DNA of 64,000 bases from Candidatus Methylomirabilia bacterium (GCA_041496385.1 JBGQEL010000004.1:41127-105126), one strand, 5' to 3'. Shown: positions 54,024-63,590, numbered from the stretch's first letter. The notes: generated by a model from the letters alone, not told the origin. Numbers and translations: made by a program.

Positions 54024-55109
54024 ATGCCCGGCGTGAGGCTCGAGGGGCTGACCAAGCGGTACGGCGACGTGGCCGCGGTGGACGGACTCGATCTCCACGT
54101 GCAGCCCGGCGAGCTGGTCTCGCTCCTCGGACCCTCGGGCTGCGGCAAGACGACGACGCTCCGCCTGGTCGCCGGATTTCTCCGGCCGGAGGCCGGCGAG
54201 ATCCACGTGGGCGAGCGCTGCCTGTCCTCGGTGACCGCCGTGGTCCCGCCCGAGCGCCGGCGGATGGCGATGATCTTCCAGAGCTACGCCCTCTGGCCCC
54301 ACATGACGGTGGCGCAGAACGTCGGCTACGGTCTCCGCTTCAGGGCGGGCACGTCGAAGGCCGACCGCCAGGCTCGCGTGACCGAGATGCTGCGCGTGGT
54401 TCAGCTCGCCGGCTACGAGTCACGCTACCCGGGAGAGCTGTCGGGCGGCCAGCAGCAGCGCGTCGCGGTGGCGCGCGCCCTCGTCGTCGAGCCCGAGATC
54501 CTCCTCCTCGACGAGCCTCTGAGCAATCTCGATGCAAACCTGCGGGAAGAAATGCGCTTCGAGATCAGGAGGCTCCACGAGACCTTCGGCATCACCACGC
54601 TGTACGTGACTCACGATCAGGCCGAGGCGATGGTGATCTCGGACCGCGTCGCCGTCCTGCACCGCGGCCGCGTCGCCCAGGTCGGAAGCGCCGAGGATCT
54701 CTTCCAGCGGCCGCGGACCCGCTTCGTCGCCGAGTTCGTCGGCAGGACCAACCTCCTGGACGGTGTGGCGGCCGCGGCGGACGTCGTCGCGCGCGGCAGC
54801 CTGCGGCTTCGGGTGGCCGCCGGCGGGTTCGCGCCCGGATCCGATGTCGTCCTCTCGATCCGACCTCACCAGATCGAGCTGCTGGCGCCGGACGGGAGCG
54901 CGCCGGCCGGCCACAACGTCCTGGACGGCACGGTGGAGCGGGTCAGCTATCTCGGCGACGCGCTCGACTACCAGATCCGAGTGAGCGGGAGCGACGTCGT
55001 CCTGCGCGTGACGGCGCCTCCGCCCGCGCGCTGCCATCCGGGCGAGCGGGCGAGAGTCGCGGTCGCGCCGGAGTCCTGTGTCCCCCTGAGCGGAGCACAG
55101 GAAGAATGA
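54024..55109 (+). CDS. ABC ATP-binding protein (PotA/FbpC-like, TOBE)
   Basis: [36 protein letters not shown]. Confidence 0.92.
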   Translation: MPGVRLEGLTKRYGDVAAVDGLDLHVQPGELVSLLGPSGCGKTTTLRLVAGFLRPEAGEIHVGERCLSSVTAVVPPERRRMAMIFQSYALWPHMTVAQNVGYGLRFRAGTSKADRQARVTEMLRVVQLAGYESRYPGELSGGQQQRVAVARALVVEPEILLLDEPLSNLDANLREEMRFEIRRLHETFGITTLYVTHDQAEAMVISDRVAVLHRGRVAQVGSAEDLFQRPRTRFVAEFVGRTNLLDGVAAAADVVARGSLRLRVAAGGFAPGSDVVLSIRPHQIELLAPDGSAPAGHNVLDGTVERVSYLGDALDYQIRVSGSDVVLRVTAPPPARCHPGERARVAVAPESCVPLSGAQEE

Positions 55110-55130
55110 CATGATCAGCGCGAGACGACT

Positions 55131-56756
55131 CTAGAACTCCCAGGGCGGCTCGATGCCGGTCGCGGGAAACTCGAGCACCGTGGGTCGGTCGGCCGCGAGC
55201 GCCCTGGAGATCGCCGCGCCCAGCGCGTCGACGCTCGCCACGCGCTCTCCGTGGGCGCCGAAGGCGCGCGCGAGCGCCGGGAAATCGGGGTTCGCCAGAT
55301 CCGTCTCGCCCCAGCGCCCCTCGAACATCTTCTCCTGGAGCCACTTGATCGCGCCGTAGCGCTCGTCGTTCATGACCAGGAAGACGATCGGCAGCCGGTA
55401 CTTCACCGCCGTCGCCAGCTCGTTGACCGAGTACATGAAGCCGCCGTCGCCGACGACGCAGGCGACCGGGCGCTCGGGCCGCGCGATCTTGGCGCCGATC
55501 GCCGCGGGCACGCCGTAGCCGAGCGTGGCCGAGCCCACCGGATAGAGGAACGTGCGAGGCGCCAGGACGGGGAAGCGCCACTCCATCCAGTAGTTGAGCC
55601 CGGTCTGATCGTTGACGACGATCGCGTCGTCGGGCAGCGCCCCGCGCAGCGTCTCGACGAGGCGGGCGAGCTCCGCGGTGTAGCGCGGGCTCGCCGCCGC
55701 GCGGAAGCGGCGACGCCACTCGTGGTCCCACGCGCTCGCCGCCGGGCCGGGCCCGAGCGCCTCGCCCAGGCCCGCGAGCCCGTCCCGGGCGTCGCCCACG
55801 ATCGCGAGCTGGGGCTTGAAGAGGGCGCCGATCACCCGCGGATCGAGGTCGAGGTGGATCAGCGTCTGTCCGGGGTCGAAGGACAGGTTGAGCAACAGCC
55901 CCTGCGTCGATCGATGCGCGAAGCGGCAGCCCACCGCGAGCACCACGTCGGCGGCCTTGATCACGGCCTCGCTCGCGCGGCGGTTGGGCAGCACGGCCTG
56001 CCAGAGCGGATCGCGCTCGCTGACGGCGCCGCGGCCCATGACGGTCGTCAGGACCGGCGCGTCGAGCCGCCGCGCGAGGGCGCGCAGCTCGCCCTCGGCG
56101 CCCGCGGCGATCACGCCGCCGCCCGCGATGATCAGCGGCCTGGCAGCGCCGCCGAGCAGCCGCGCGGCCTCGCGGATCTCGGTCACGTGGCACGGCGGCC
56201 GCCGCCCGTGGCCGCCGCCGCGCGGCGTCGCGTCCACGCGCGCCGTCAGGAAGTCGTTGGGGATCGAGATCGCGATCGGCCCCGGCCGGCCCGTTCGGAG
56301 GAGATCGAAGGCGCCGTGCAGCGCCAGCGGGATCGCGACGGCCTCGGTCACCGCCTCCGCCCAGCGCGTGACCGGCCGGAAGCACTCGATCTGGTTCGGC
56401 ACCTCGTGCAGCGCGCCGAGCTCGCGCCCGACCAGCGGGGACGCGACGTCCGACATCACGACCAGGACCGGCATCGAGCCGGCGTAGGACTCGACGAGCG
56501 GCGTCAGGGTGTTCGTCGCGCCCGGCCCCGTGGTCACGATCACCACGCCGGGCTTGCCGGTGGCGCGGGCATAGCCGTCGGCCATGAACGCCGCGCCGGC
56601 CTCGTGTCGGGCCAGCACGTGGGTGATCGCCGACTGTCTGAGGAGCGCGTCGTAGATCGCGAGATTGTGCACGCCCGGAACGCCGAAGACGTGCGTCACA
56701 CCCTCGGCCCGGAGGGCCTCGACGACCCATTCGCCGCCGGTGCGCTCGGCCCCCAC
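55131..56756 (-). CDS. Thiamine diphosphate-binding protein (acetolactate synthase-like)
   Basis: FGVPGVHNL, RHEAGAAFMADGYAR, GDGGFM...N. Confidence 0.9.
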   Translation of the reverse strand: MGAERTGGEWVVEALRAEGVTHVFGVPGVHNLAIYDALLRQSAITHVLARHEAGAAFMADGYARATGKPGVVIVTTGPGATNTLTPLVESYAGSMPVLVVMSDVASPLVGRELGALHEVPNQIECFRPVTRWAEAVTEAVAIPLALHGAFDLLRTGRPGPIAISIPNDFLTARVDATPRGGGHGRRPPCHVTEIREAARLLGGAARPLIIAGGGVIAAGAEGELRALARRLDAPVLTTVMGRGAVSERDPLWQAVLPNRRASEAVIKAADVVLAVGCRFAHRSTQGLLLNLSFDPGQTLIHLDLDPRVIGALFKPQLAIVGDARDGLAGLGEALGPGPAASAWDHEWRRRFRAAASPRYTAELARLVETLRGALPDDAIVVNDQTGLNYWMEWRFPVLAPRTFLYPVGSATLGYGVPAAIGAKIARPERPVACVVGDGGFMYSVNELATAVKYRLPIVFLVMNDERYGAIKWLQEKMFEGRWGETDLANPDFPALARAFGAHGERVASVDALGAAISRALAADRPTVLEFPATGIEPPWEF

Positions 56757-58423
56757 TAGAGCATCGCCTTGAAGCCGCGGTCGATCGCCACGTCCACGAC
56801 CGCGGGCCCCGGGTGGGCGAGGCATGAGGCCAGAACATCGCGCAGCTCGCCCGGCTTCTCGACGCGCTCGGCGCGCACGCCGAGCGCCCGGGCCAGGCCG
56901 GCGTAGCCGATCTCGGGATCCACCAGGTCCATCCCGGGATAGATCCCGCGCTTGGCCGATTCCAGATCGAGGCTGAGCATGCCCGACTTGAGAATGGCGT
57001 ACGAGGTGTTGTTCGGGACGACGTACGTGATCGGGAGCCGGTAGTGCGCGGCGGTCCAGAGCGCCTGCGGCGCGTACATGAGAGAGCCGTCCCCGATCGT
57101 CGCGACCACCTTGCGCCCCGGCGAGCCGAGCTGGACGCCGATCGCGGCGCCCATCCCCCAGCCGAGCGTCCCCGTCTTGCCGCCGAAGAACGAACCGGGG
57201 GTGGCGAACGGCATGTAGCGGAGCACGAAGGGCAGCGACGTCGCCGACTCGTCCACGATGACCGCGTCGGCCGGGAGCAGCGACGCGAGCGTGTGCATGA
57301 GGTGCGCCTGACCGATCGGCGCCCGCTGAGCCTCCGCCGCGGCCGCCGCCCGCGCGCGCGTCACCAGCTCGCCGCGCGCCTTCCCCAGCGTGCCCACGCG
57401 CTCCGCCGCGGCCCGGCGCTGCGCGTCCGACTGACACGCAACGAGTGCCTGCGTCAGCTCCGCCAGCGTGGCGCGCGGGTCCGCGACGATGCCGAGCGTG
57501 ACGGGATAGCTCCGCCCGATCTCCCAGGCGCCCTCGTCGACCTGGAGGACGGTGAGGCCGCGGCGAAACGGTGTGCCCTCGGTGTGGAGAAACCACGTGA
57601 AGACGTTCGCCCCGACGATCAGGACGACGTCGGCCTCGTCGAGCGCCTTGCGCACGCCGCTCGGCGCCGGGAAGAGCCCGCCCCGCCAGAGCGGGTGGTT
57701 CCCCGGAAAGTTCGTCCGACGGTACACGGGCTCGCCGTGGACGCGGGCGCCGAGCCGCTCGGCCAGGGCCGTCAGCTCGGCGACGGCGCCGGCACGCGCG
57801 ACGCCGTCGCCCGCGATCACGAGCGGAGCGCTGGCCCCCGCGAGCAGCGCCGCCGCGCGGCCCACGGCGGCGGCGTCCGGGCGCGCGCGTGTCGCGATCG
57901 TGGGCGGCCCCTCCCCTGCGTCCTCCACGACCGCGCCCATGAGGTCCATCGGCAGCGAGAGGAACACGGGTCCCGTCGGCGGCGTCAGCGCGACCTTGAG
58001 CGCGCGCCGCAACGCGACGGGCGCCTCCTCGGGGCGGCGGATCTCGTACGCCCATTTCGTGAAGGGCTCCGCCATCCGCACCAGATCGGCCGCCAGGATC
58101 GGCTCGTCCATGAGAAAGCGCGTGTCCTGCTGGCCGGCCGTGAGGAGCAGCGGCGTCCGGGACCGCGCCGCGTTGTGGAGGATCGAGATCCCGTTGGCGA
58201 GTCCCGGCGCGACGTGGACGTTGGCGACGCCGACCGCGCCCGAGGCCTGCGCGTAGCCGTCGGCCGCCCCGACCACGGTGGCCTCCTGGAGCCCCAGCAC
58301 GTACTCGAGGCCCGAATCGGGGAGCGCGTCGAGAAACGGCAGCTCCGTCGTGCCGGGATTGCCGAAGAGATACCGGACCCCCGCCGACTTCAAGATCTCC
58401 ATGAGGACGGCCGCGACCTTCAC
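56756..58423 (-). CDS. Thiamine diphosphate enzyme, benzoylformate decarboxylase-like
   Basis: FGNPGTTELPF, LGLQE, GDGSLMYAPQALWTAA, NNTSYAILK. Confidence 0.88.
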   Translation of the reverse strand: MKVAAVLMEILKSAGVRYLFGNPGTTELPFLDALPDSGLEYVLGLQEATVVGAADGYAQASGAVGVANVHVAPGLANGISILHNAARSRTPLLLTAGQQDTRFLMDEPILAADLVRMAEPFTKWAYEIRRPEEAPVALRRALKVALTPPTGPVFLSLPMDLMGAVVEDAGEGPPTIATRARPDAAAVGRAAALLAGASAPLVIAGDGVARAGAVAELTALAERLGARVHGEPVYRRTNFPGNHPLWRGGLFPAPSGVRKALDEADVVLIVGANVFTWFLHTEGTPFRRGLTVLQVDEGAWEIGRSYPVTLGIVADPRATLAELTQALVACQSDAQRRAAAERVGTLGKARGELVTRARAAAAAEAQRAPIGQAHLMHTLASLLPADAVIVDESATSLPFVLRYMPFATPGSFFGGKTGTLGWGMGAAIGVQLGSPGRKVVATIGDGSLMYAPQALWTAAHYRLPITYVVPNNTSYAILKSGMLSLDLESAKRGIYPGMDLVDPEIGYAGLARALGVRAERVEKPGELRDVLASCLAHPGPAVVDVAIDRGFKAML

Positions 58424-58436
58424 GTCGGCGAGGATA

Positions 58437-58898
58437 CTACGGGCGCGGTCGGGGCGTCGGCGTCGGCGGACCGAAGCGCAGGTACTTGGCGTCGATCGCC
58501 TCACGGATCTGCCGGGGCGACTTCTTCTCCGCCTTCATGCGCATCACGTCCCGCGTGATGTCCAGGCAGAGCCCTCAGGTCGCCGCATGGCTCGTGAAGG
58601 TGACGCGGTTCCCGGACTCGGCCTTGACGTAGCACGAGCGGTTCGAGGTGTGCCCGAGGTCGCCGCAGCCGCAGGTGCACGGCATCCACCTGAGCGTGTC
58701 CGTGTCCTCGGCGGCGAAGGCGTAGAGGCGCGGCAGGTCGCCCTGCTCGGCGAAGATCGGCAGGCGCCCGCGCGCCAGCGTCTGGATGCGGTCCCCGATC
58801 GAGTCCACCGTGACCTCCTGCGCGGCGGCCACCCACCACGCGGCCGCGCCCAGGACGGCCAGGAGGGCCAGGCCGGCGACCACCGCCCTCGGCCTCAC
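58437..58898 (-). CDS. PCYCGC-motif family exported protein, probable selenoprotein with in-frame TGA at 58575-58577 (153 aa)
   Basis: PCTCGCGDLGHTSNRSCY...SHAAT-TGA-GLCLDITRDVMRMKAEKKSPRQIREAIDAKY...TAG; readthrough restores the family CxxC and IR..ID.KY tail. Confidence 0.82.
58542..58560 (-). promoter_or_regulatory. Candidate bacterial SECIS hairpin
   Basis: CATCACG-CGGGA-CGTGATG perfect 7-bp stem beginning 14 nt after the TGA. Confidence 0.6.
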
Positions 58899-59335
58899 CG
58901 GCCCCGCCTCAGCGAGTACGCGCGCGCGCCCTGGCGCAGCACGCTCCGCCCCGCGGCCTCGTCGTGCTCGGCGAGCGCCCAGAGCTGGTGCGCGGCGGCC
59001 CGGCTGAAGCGCGCCTCGAACCGCCCGTCCTTCACGGCGCAGTACGGCACCTCGTGGTCGCCGACGCGCAGGGTCGCGGGATCCACGGGCTCTTCGGTGC
59101 CGTCGTTGAGGAGAATCACGTAGCCGTCGCCGCGGCGCTCGAAGCGCGTGACGACGAACGGCGCGTCGGCGACCTCCACGGGGATCCGGACCCGCGTCTG
59201 GATGAAGTGACCCCGCGCGTCCTTCTGGAGGCCCGCGCGGAGGTTGGCGAGGACGCCCGGGTGCGTCACCGCCACCTCGTCGTCGAACCAGTCGCCGTCG
59301 AGGTCGATCCGGAGCCTCGGAAGATCCTCGGTCAT
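58895..59335 (-). CDS. DUF1285-like protein
   Basis: LRIDLDGDWF, PVEVADAPFVV, PYCAVKDGRFEARFSRAA. Confidence 0.72.
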   Translation of the reverse strand: MTEDLPRLRIDLDGDWFDDEVAVTHPGVLANLRAGLQKDARGHFIQTRVRIPVEVADAPFVVTRFERRGDGYVILLNDGTEEPVDPATLRVGDHEVPYCAVKDGRFEARFSRAAAHQLWALAEHDEAAGRSVLRQGARAYSLRRGR

Positions 59336-59354
59336 GTCATCCGCCGCTCGACGC

Positions 59355-60587
59355 TCAAAAGACCACGCTCGCGAAGGTCACGACGGCCTGCGGATCGGGC
59401 CATTGCGCGTAGCGCCGCAGCGTCCCAGGCACGCCGCCGAGCCCGCGCAGGAGCGCGTAGATCGGCGACAGGCCGCAGATGCGCCGCCGGTCGCCGTCGC
59501 GCGCGACGGACTCGAAGAAAGCCCGGGCGCTCCCCTCCTCGACGGCGGCGAGCATCGCGCGGTCCTCCCCGCCGATCCGCTCGAGATCCTCGGGCGAGAT
59601 CGGCTCGCGGTCGCCGAAGCGCGGCCCCACGTGGGCGAGGTCCGCGCCCGCGACGAGCGCGACCCGCCGGCCGCTCGCGGCGATCGTCTCGACGAGCGCG
59701 TCCAGGAAGCGCGCCACGCGCGGGTCGTCCTCCGGTCCCCGGCCCCGCGCCAGGGCCTCGTGGGCGAAGCTGGTGAGCACGGGGACGATCTCGATGTCGC
59801 GACGCCCGGCATGGAGATAGCGCAGAAAGACCGCCTGGAACTCGATCGAGTGCTCCGAGCGGTGCGCGATCTCGGAGCCGAAGCAGTCCTGCCCGGCCCG
59901 GCGGGCCAGCGCCTCGACGAAATCGCGCGCCACGACGGCGGGGCCGAGGGGCGTCTCGTAGTCCTTCCGCGTCATCGCGAACGGATGCTCCATCCCGGCG
60001 TGGCACGTCCCGAAGATCACGAACAGATCGGCGTCGCATCGCTCGGCCACGTCGCGGTAGGCCCAGGCGTACGCCGGCCCACCCCGATGAAAGTCGATGT
60101 GGGGCGCGACGACGCCTCGTACCGGCGCGCTCGCCGCCGCCGCACCCGGCCCGCCCACGGGACCGGGACCGTCCGGCGCCGTGAAGAAGCCGTCGAGGGC
60201 CGTCTTGAGGTCGCCGGCCTCACGGGAGTACGCGCCGCCCGCATGCGACGCGGGCCGCGCGGGCGCGTCGAGGAACGCGCGGTCCGTGGCGGCGCGACGT
60301 TCGGCAAAGCGCGGGCTCTCGAGGAACCCCTGCGCGTCGAGCGCCTCGACGATCGCCTCGATCCGCTCGGGTGGCACCAGCTCACCGTGCCGCTGCATGA
60401 GGGCGACCTGGATGTCGGCGATCGAGTGCGTGCCGTCGAACAGCGAGACGATCGCGAGGAGCCGGCGCGGCAGGAGCACGACCGCGTCGGTGTAGCCCGC
60501 GGGGTCGCGCAGTCCGATGCACGGCTGGCCCTTGTGCTCGACGGGAAACGCGTCGATCCGGCGCAGACGCGGGAGCATTGCCGCCAT
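59355..60587 (-). CDS. MEMO1 family protein (AmmeMemoRadiSam protein B) with an N-terminal extension
   Basis: HAGGAY, APHIDF, YETPLG, HRSEHSIEFQ, ADLAHVGPRFGD, ICGLSPI; ATG overlaps the upstream TAA. Confidence 0.9.
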   Translation of the reverse strand: MAAMLPRLRRIDAFPVEHKGQPCIGLRDPAGYTDAVVLLPRRLLAIVSLFDGTHSIADIQVALMQRHGELVPPERIEAIVEALDAQGFLESPRFAERRAATDRAFLDAPARPASHAGGAYSREAGDLKTALDGFFTAPDGPGPVGGPGAAAASAPVRGVVAPHIDFHRGGPAYAWAYRDVAERCDADLFVIFGTCHAGMEHPFAMTRKDYETPLGPAVVARDFVEALARRAGQDCFGSEIAHRSEHSIEFQAVFLRYLHAGRRDIEIVPVLTSFAHEALARGRGPEDDPRVARFLDALVETIAASGRRVALVAGADLAHVGPRFGDREPISPEDLERIGGEDRAMLAAVEEGSARAFFESVARDGDRRRICGLSPIYALLRGLGGVPGTLRRYAQWPDPQAVVTFASVVF

Positions 60588-61813
60588 TATGCAAGGAAGT
60601 TGAGAGCCGACGCGACGTAGATCCGGGCCGCATCGACGAGTTCGGCGACCTCGACGTACTCGTCCGCCTGGTGAGGGATCAGCCGGTTGCCCGGGCCGCA
60701 GGTGACGATCGGGATCCCGAGCGTCATCCGGAGGATCGTGCCGTCCGTCGAGCCCGGCACCCCCCCGAAGCGCGGCGCCTTGCCCGTCGCCTGCCGGACG
60801 CCGGCGACCATGGCGCGCACCAGCGGCTCGCTCCGCTCGACGCGGGTGGCGAGCCGGTAGCCGTTGATGGGCTGCCACTCGATCGTGACACCCGGAACTC
60901 GCGCGCGCGCCGCCGCGCACGCGGCGTCGATCTCCGCGGCCACCGTCCGCTCGTCGGGGCCGGGCGTGAGCCGCACGTCGAGCACCGCGTGGGCCGCCGA
61001 CGGGATCACGTTCGACTGGGGGACACCCTCCACGGGCGCGCGCACGACGGTCGGCGTCACCGTCGGCGGGCGCAGATGCGGGCTGCGGCGGCAGAGCCTC
61101 CGGAGCCGCTTCTCGAGCCGCGGAATCTCGTCGAGGAGCGCGCCGAGGGCGCTGATCGGATTCACGCCCGCCTCGGGCATCGCCCCGTGCGCCATCCGCC
61201 CGTGCAGGGCCACGCGCGCCCACACGACGCCGCGCTGCTCGAGGCAGAGCTCGTTCTGCTCGGGCTCGCAGATGATCGCCGCGTCCAGCTCGCGGCCGAT
61301 CGGCGTCGCGCAGAGGTGCCTGGCGCCGAGCATGTCGCCCTCCTCGTCCACGAGCGCGCCCACGACGAGCTTCCCGCGCAGCGCGACGCCGCTCCGCCTG
61401 ATCGCCGCGGCCGCGACCATGGCGGCCGCGAGGCCGCTCTTCATGTCGGCGGACCCGCGGCCGTAGATGCGGCCGTCGACCAGCTCGGCGCCGAACGGCG
61501 GATGCGTCCAGTCCCTGGCGTCGCCCTCGGTGACGACGTCGGTGTGGCCCTCGAGCAGGAGGCTCCGTCCGCTTCCCTTCTCGCCGAGCCAGGCGACGAC
61601 GTTCGGGCGGCCCGGCGCGACCTCCTGCACCTCGAGCGCGAAGCCCTCGCGCCGGAACCAGGCCTCGACGTGCCGGGCGACGGCCGCCTCGTTTCCGGAA
61701 GGGTCGCCGGGCCGGATGACGCTGGGAATGCGCACGAGATCGCGCGTGAGCGCGATCAGCTCGTCGGGATCCAGGCGGGCGAGCGCAGCCTGGAGATCAC
61801 GGCTGCGGGCCAC
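60587..61813 (-). CDS. M20 family metallo-amidohydrolase (ArgE/DapE-like)
   Basis: EGHTDVV, YGRGSADMKSG, VDEE, ICEP, HQADEYV. Confidence 0.92.
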   Translation of the reverse strand: MARSRDLQAALARLDPDELIALTRDLVRIPSVIRPGDPSGNEAAVARHVEAWFRREGFALEVQEVAPGRPNVVAWLGEKGSGRSLLLEGHTDVVTEGDARDWTHPPFGAELVDGRIYGRGSADMKSGLAAAMVAAAAIRRSGVALRGKLVVGALVDEEGDMLGARHLCATPIGRELDAAIICEPEQNELCLEQRGVVWARVALHGRMAHGAMPEAGVNPISALGALLDEIPRLEKRLRRLCRRSPHLRPPTVTPTVVRAPVEGVPQSNVIPSAAHAVLDVRLTPGPDERTVAAEIDAACAAARARVPGVTIEWQPINGYRLATRVERSEPLVRAMVAGVRQATGKAPRFGGVPGSTDGTILRMTLGIPIVTCGPGNRLIPHQADEYVEVAELVDAARIYVASALNFLA

Positions 61814-61819
61814 GGCGAG

Positions 61820-62128
61820 CTACTCGTGCGGGAAGGACAGGATGACCGAGTCGAGCCGGATGACGCGGTATTCCTCGCCCGCGATGTAGAAGTAGTGGCC
61901 CTCGACCTCCTCGGCCGATTCCTCGAACGCGACGACGGTGCTCAGATCGGGCATGTCCCGGAAAGCGTTGGCGCCCTCGTCGAAACCGTCGCCGCGCGCC
62001 ACGACCTCGCCGTAACGGATCGGCGAGCCCTTCGGGCAGTGCACGCGGACGTCGGCCGGCCCCTCCGCCATGAGCTTCACCAGCAGGTTGATTCCGTAAA
62101 CCTGGATGGGAATAGGCTTTGGCGTCAT
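61820..62128 (-). CDS. Divergent GroES/Cpn10-like protein
   Basis: IQVYGINLLVK...GEVVARGDG...VVAF...GEEYRVIRLDSVI matches the GroES beta-barrel pattern; 102 aa; TGaTATAGT -10 upstream. Confidence 0.6.
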   Translation of the reverse strand: MTPKPIPIQVYGINLLVKLMAEGPADVRVHCPKGSPIRYGEVVARGDGFDEGANAFRDMPDLSTVVAFEESAEEVEGHYFYIAGEEYRVIRLDSVILSFPHE

Positions 62129-62186
62129 CGTTGCCACTATATCACGCCGATTTCGGGCCTCGAATCGCCCCGGACGGACCGCGGGA

Positions 62187-63590
62187 TCATCGCCCATCCT
62201 CGCGCGGGATATCGCCCGTGGAGAGCTGCTGCGGGAACTCGGGCGCGGTCAGCTCCCGCGGCTGCTCGTCGACGGTCTCGAGCCGCGGGATCTCCTCGCC
62301 CGTGGCCGCGGAGAGGTCCTTGAACTTTCGCGCCGCGGGCAGCACGCGGGACTCCATCGAGCCCACCGCCTTGTTGAAGGCCGCCGTCGCGCGCTGGAGC
62401 GAGCGACCGACGTCGTTGAAATGCTCGCCGAGCGTCCGGAGCCGGTCGTAGAGCAGCTTGCCGAGCTCGCTGATCTGCGCCGCGTTCTCGGCCAGCTGCT
62501 GCTGGCGCCAGCCGTAGGCGATCGCCCGGAGCAGGGCAACCAGCGTCGTGGGCGTCGCGACCACGACCCGCTTGACCATCCCGTCCTCGATGAGCGCGGC
62601 GTCGAACTCGACCGCGGCCGACACGAACGCCTCGCCCGGGATGAACATGACGACCAGCTCGGCGGCCTGACCGAACTCCTCCCAGTACGCCTTCCCCGCC
62701 AGGACCGTCATGTGCTGCCGGACCTGCGCGGCGTGCCGGGCGAAGCCCGCGGCCCGCGCCTCCGGGGTGGGCGCCTCGATCGCGTCCAGGTAGGCCGCGA
62801 GCGGCACCTTCGCGTCCACCACGATCTCGCGGCGCGCCGGCAGGCGCACGACCATATCCGGCCGCAGGCGCCCCGCCTCCCCCTCCACCGTGACCTGCTC
62901 GTCGAAGTCGCAGTGCGCCACCATGCCGGCCAGCTCGACGACCCGGCGGAGCGTCAGCTCTCCCCAGCGCCCGCGGATGTGCGGCGCGCGCAGCGCCGTG
63001 ACCAGGTTCCCCGTCTCGCGCTGCAGATCCGCGCTGCTCGTCACGAGCGCCTGCAGCTGCGCATCGAGGCTTCCGTACGCGCGCTCGCGCGCGGTCTCGA
63101 GCGACTGCACGGCCTTCTCGTAGCGACCCAGGGCGTCTTCCAGCGGTCTGACGCTCGCCTCGAGCGCCTGCTGCCGCCGGCCGAACGACTCGTCCGCGAG
63201 CTGCAGGAAGGCCGCGTTGGAGTCGCGGAGCGCGTCGCTGCTGAGCGCCTTGAACGTCTCCTCGAGCTTCTCGCGAGCCTCATCGAACGCCCGGCGCTGC
63301 TCGTCGAGGCCCTTGCGCGCCTCGTCCAGGCGCGCGTCGGCGTCCGCGCGCTGCGCTCGTTCTGCCAGAAGCTCGCGACGCGAGTCTCCGAGCTCGCGCT
63401 CCCGCGTGGCGACCTGGCCACGCAGCTCGGCCACCTGGGAGTCCAGCACGGCGACGCGCTGCTGCAGCTGCTGCCGCTCGGCCTGGCCGGTCGCGGCCCG
63501 GCGCGGACGCGTCACCAGCCACACGAGGATCCCCGCGAGAACCGCGGCCGCCGCCAGGAGCCCGACGACGAGCGCGGGCTCAGCGGTCAC
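62187..63590 (-). CDS. rmuC: DNA recombination protein RmuC
   Basis: N-terminal TM and coiled coil, [31 protein letters not shown]. Confidence 0.93.
   Translation of the reverse strand: MTAEPALVVGLLAAAAVLAGILVWLVTRPRRAATGQAERQQLQQRVAVLDSQVAELRGQVATRERELGDSRRELLAERAQRADADARLDEARKGLDEQRRAFDEAREKLEETFKALSSDALRDSNAAFLQLADESFGRRQQALEASVRPLEDALGRYEKAVQSLETARERAYGSLDAQLQALVTSSADLQRETGNLVTALRAPHIRGRWGELTLRRVVELAGMVAHCDFDEQVTVEGEAGRLRPDMVVRLPARREIVVDAKVPLAAYLDAIEAPTPEARAAGFARHAAQVRQHMTVLAGKAYWEEFGQAAELVVMFIPGEAFVSAAVEFDAALIEDGMVKRVVVATPTTLVALLRAIAYGWRQQQLAENAAQISELGKLLYDRLRTLGEHFNDVGRSLQRATAAFNKAVGSMESRVLPAARKFKDLSAATGEEIPRLETVDEQPRELTAPEFPQQLSTGDIPREDGR

Noticed and set aside
55131..58055. 974-aa ORF suggesting a fused ThDP enzyme
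   Set aside because: Only the part from GTG 56756 is a real protein; the upstream part is an off-frame reading of the adjacent gene.
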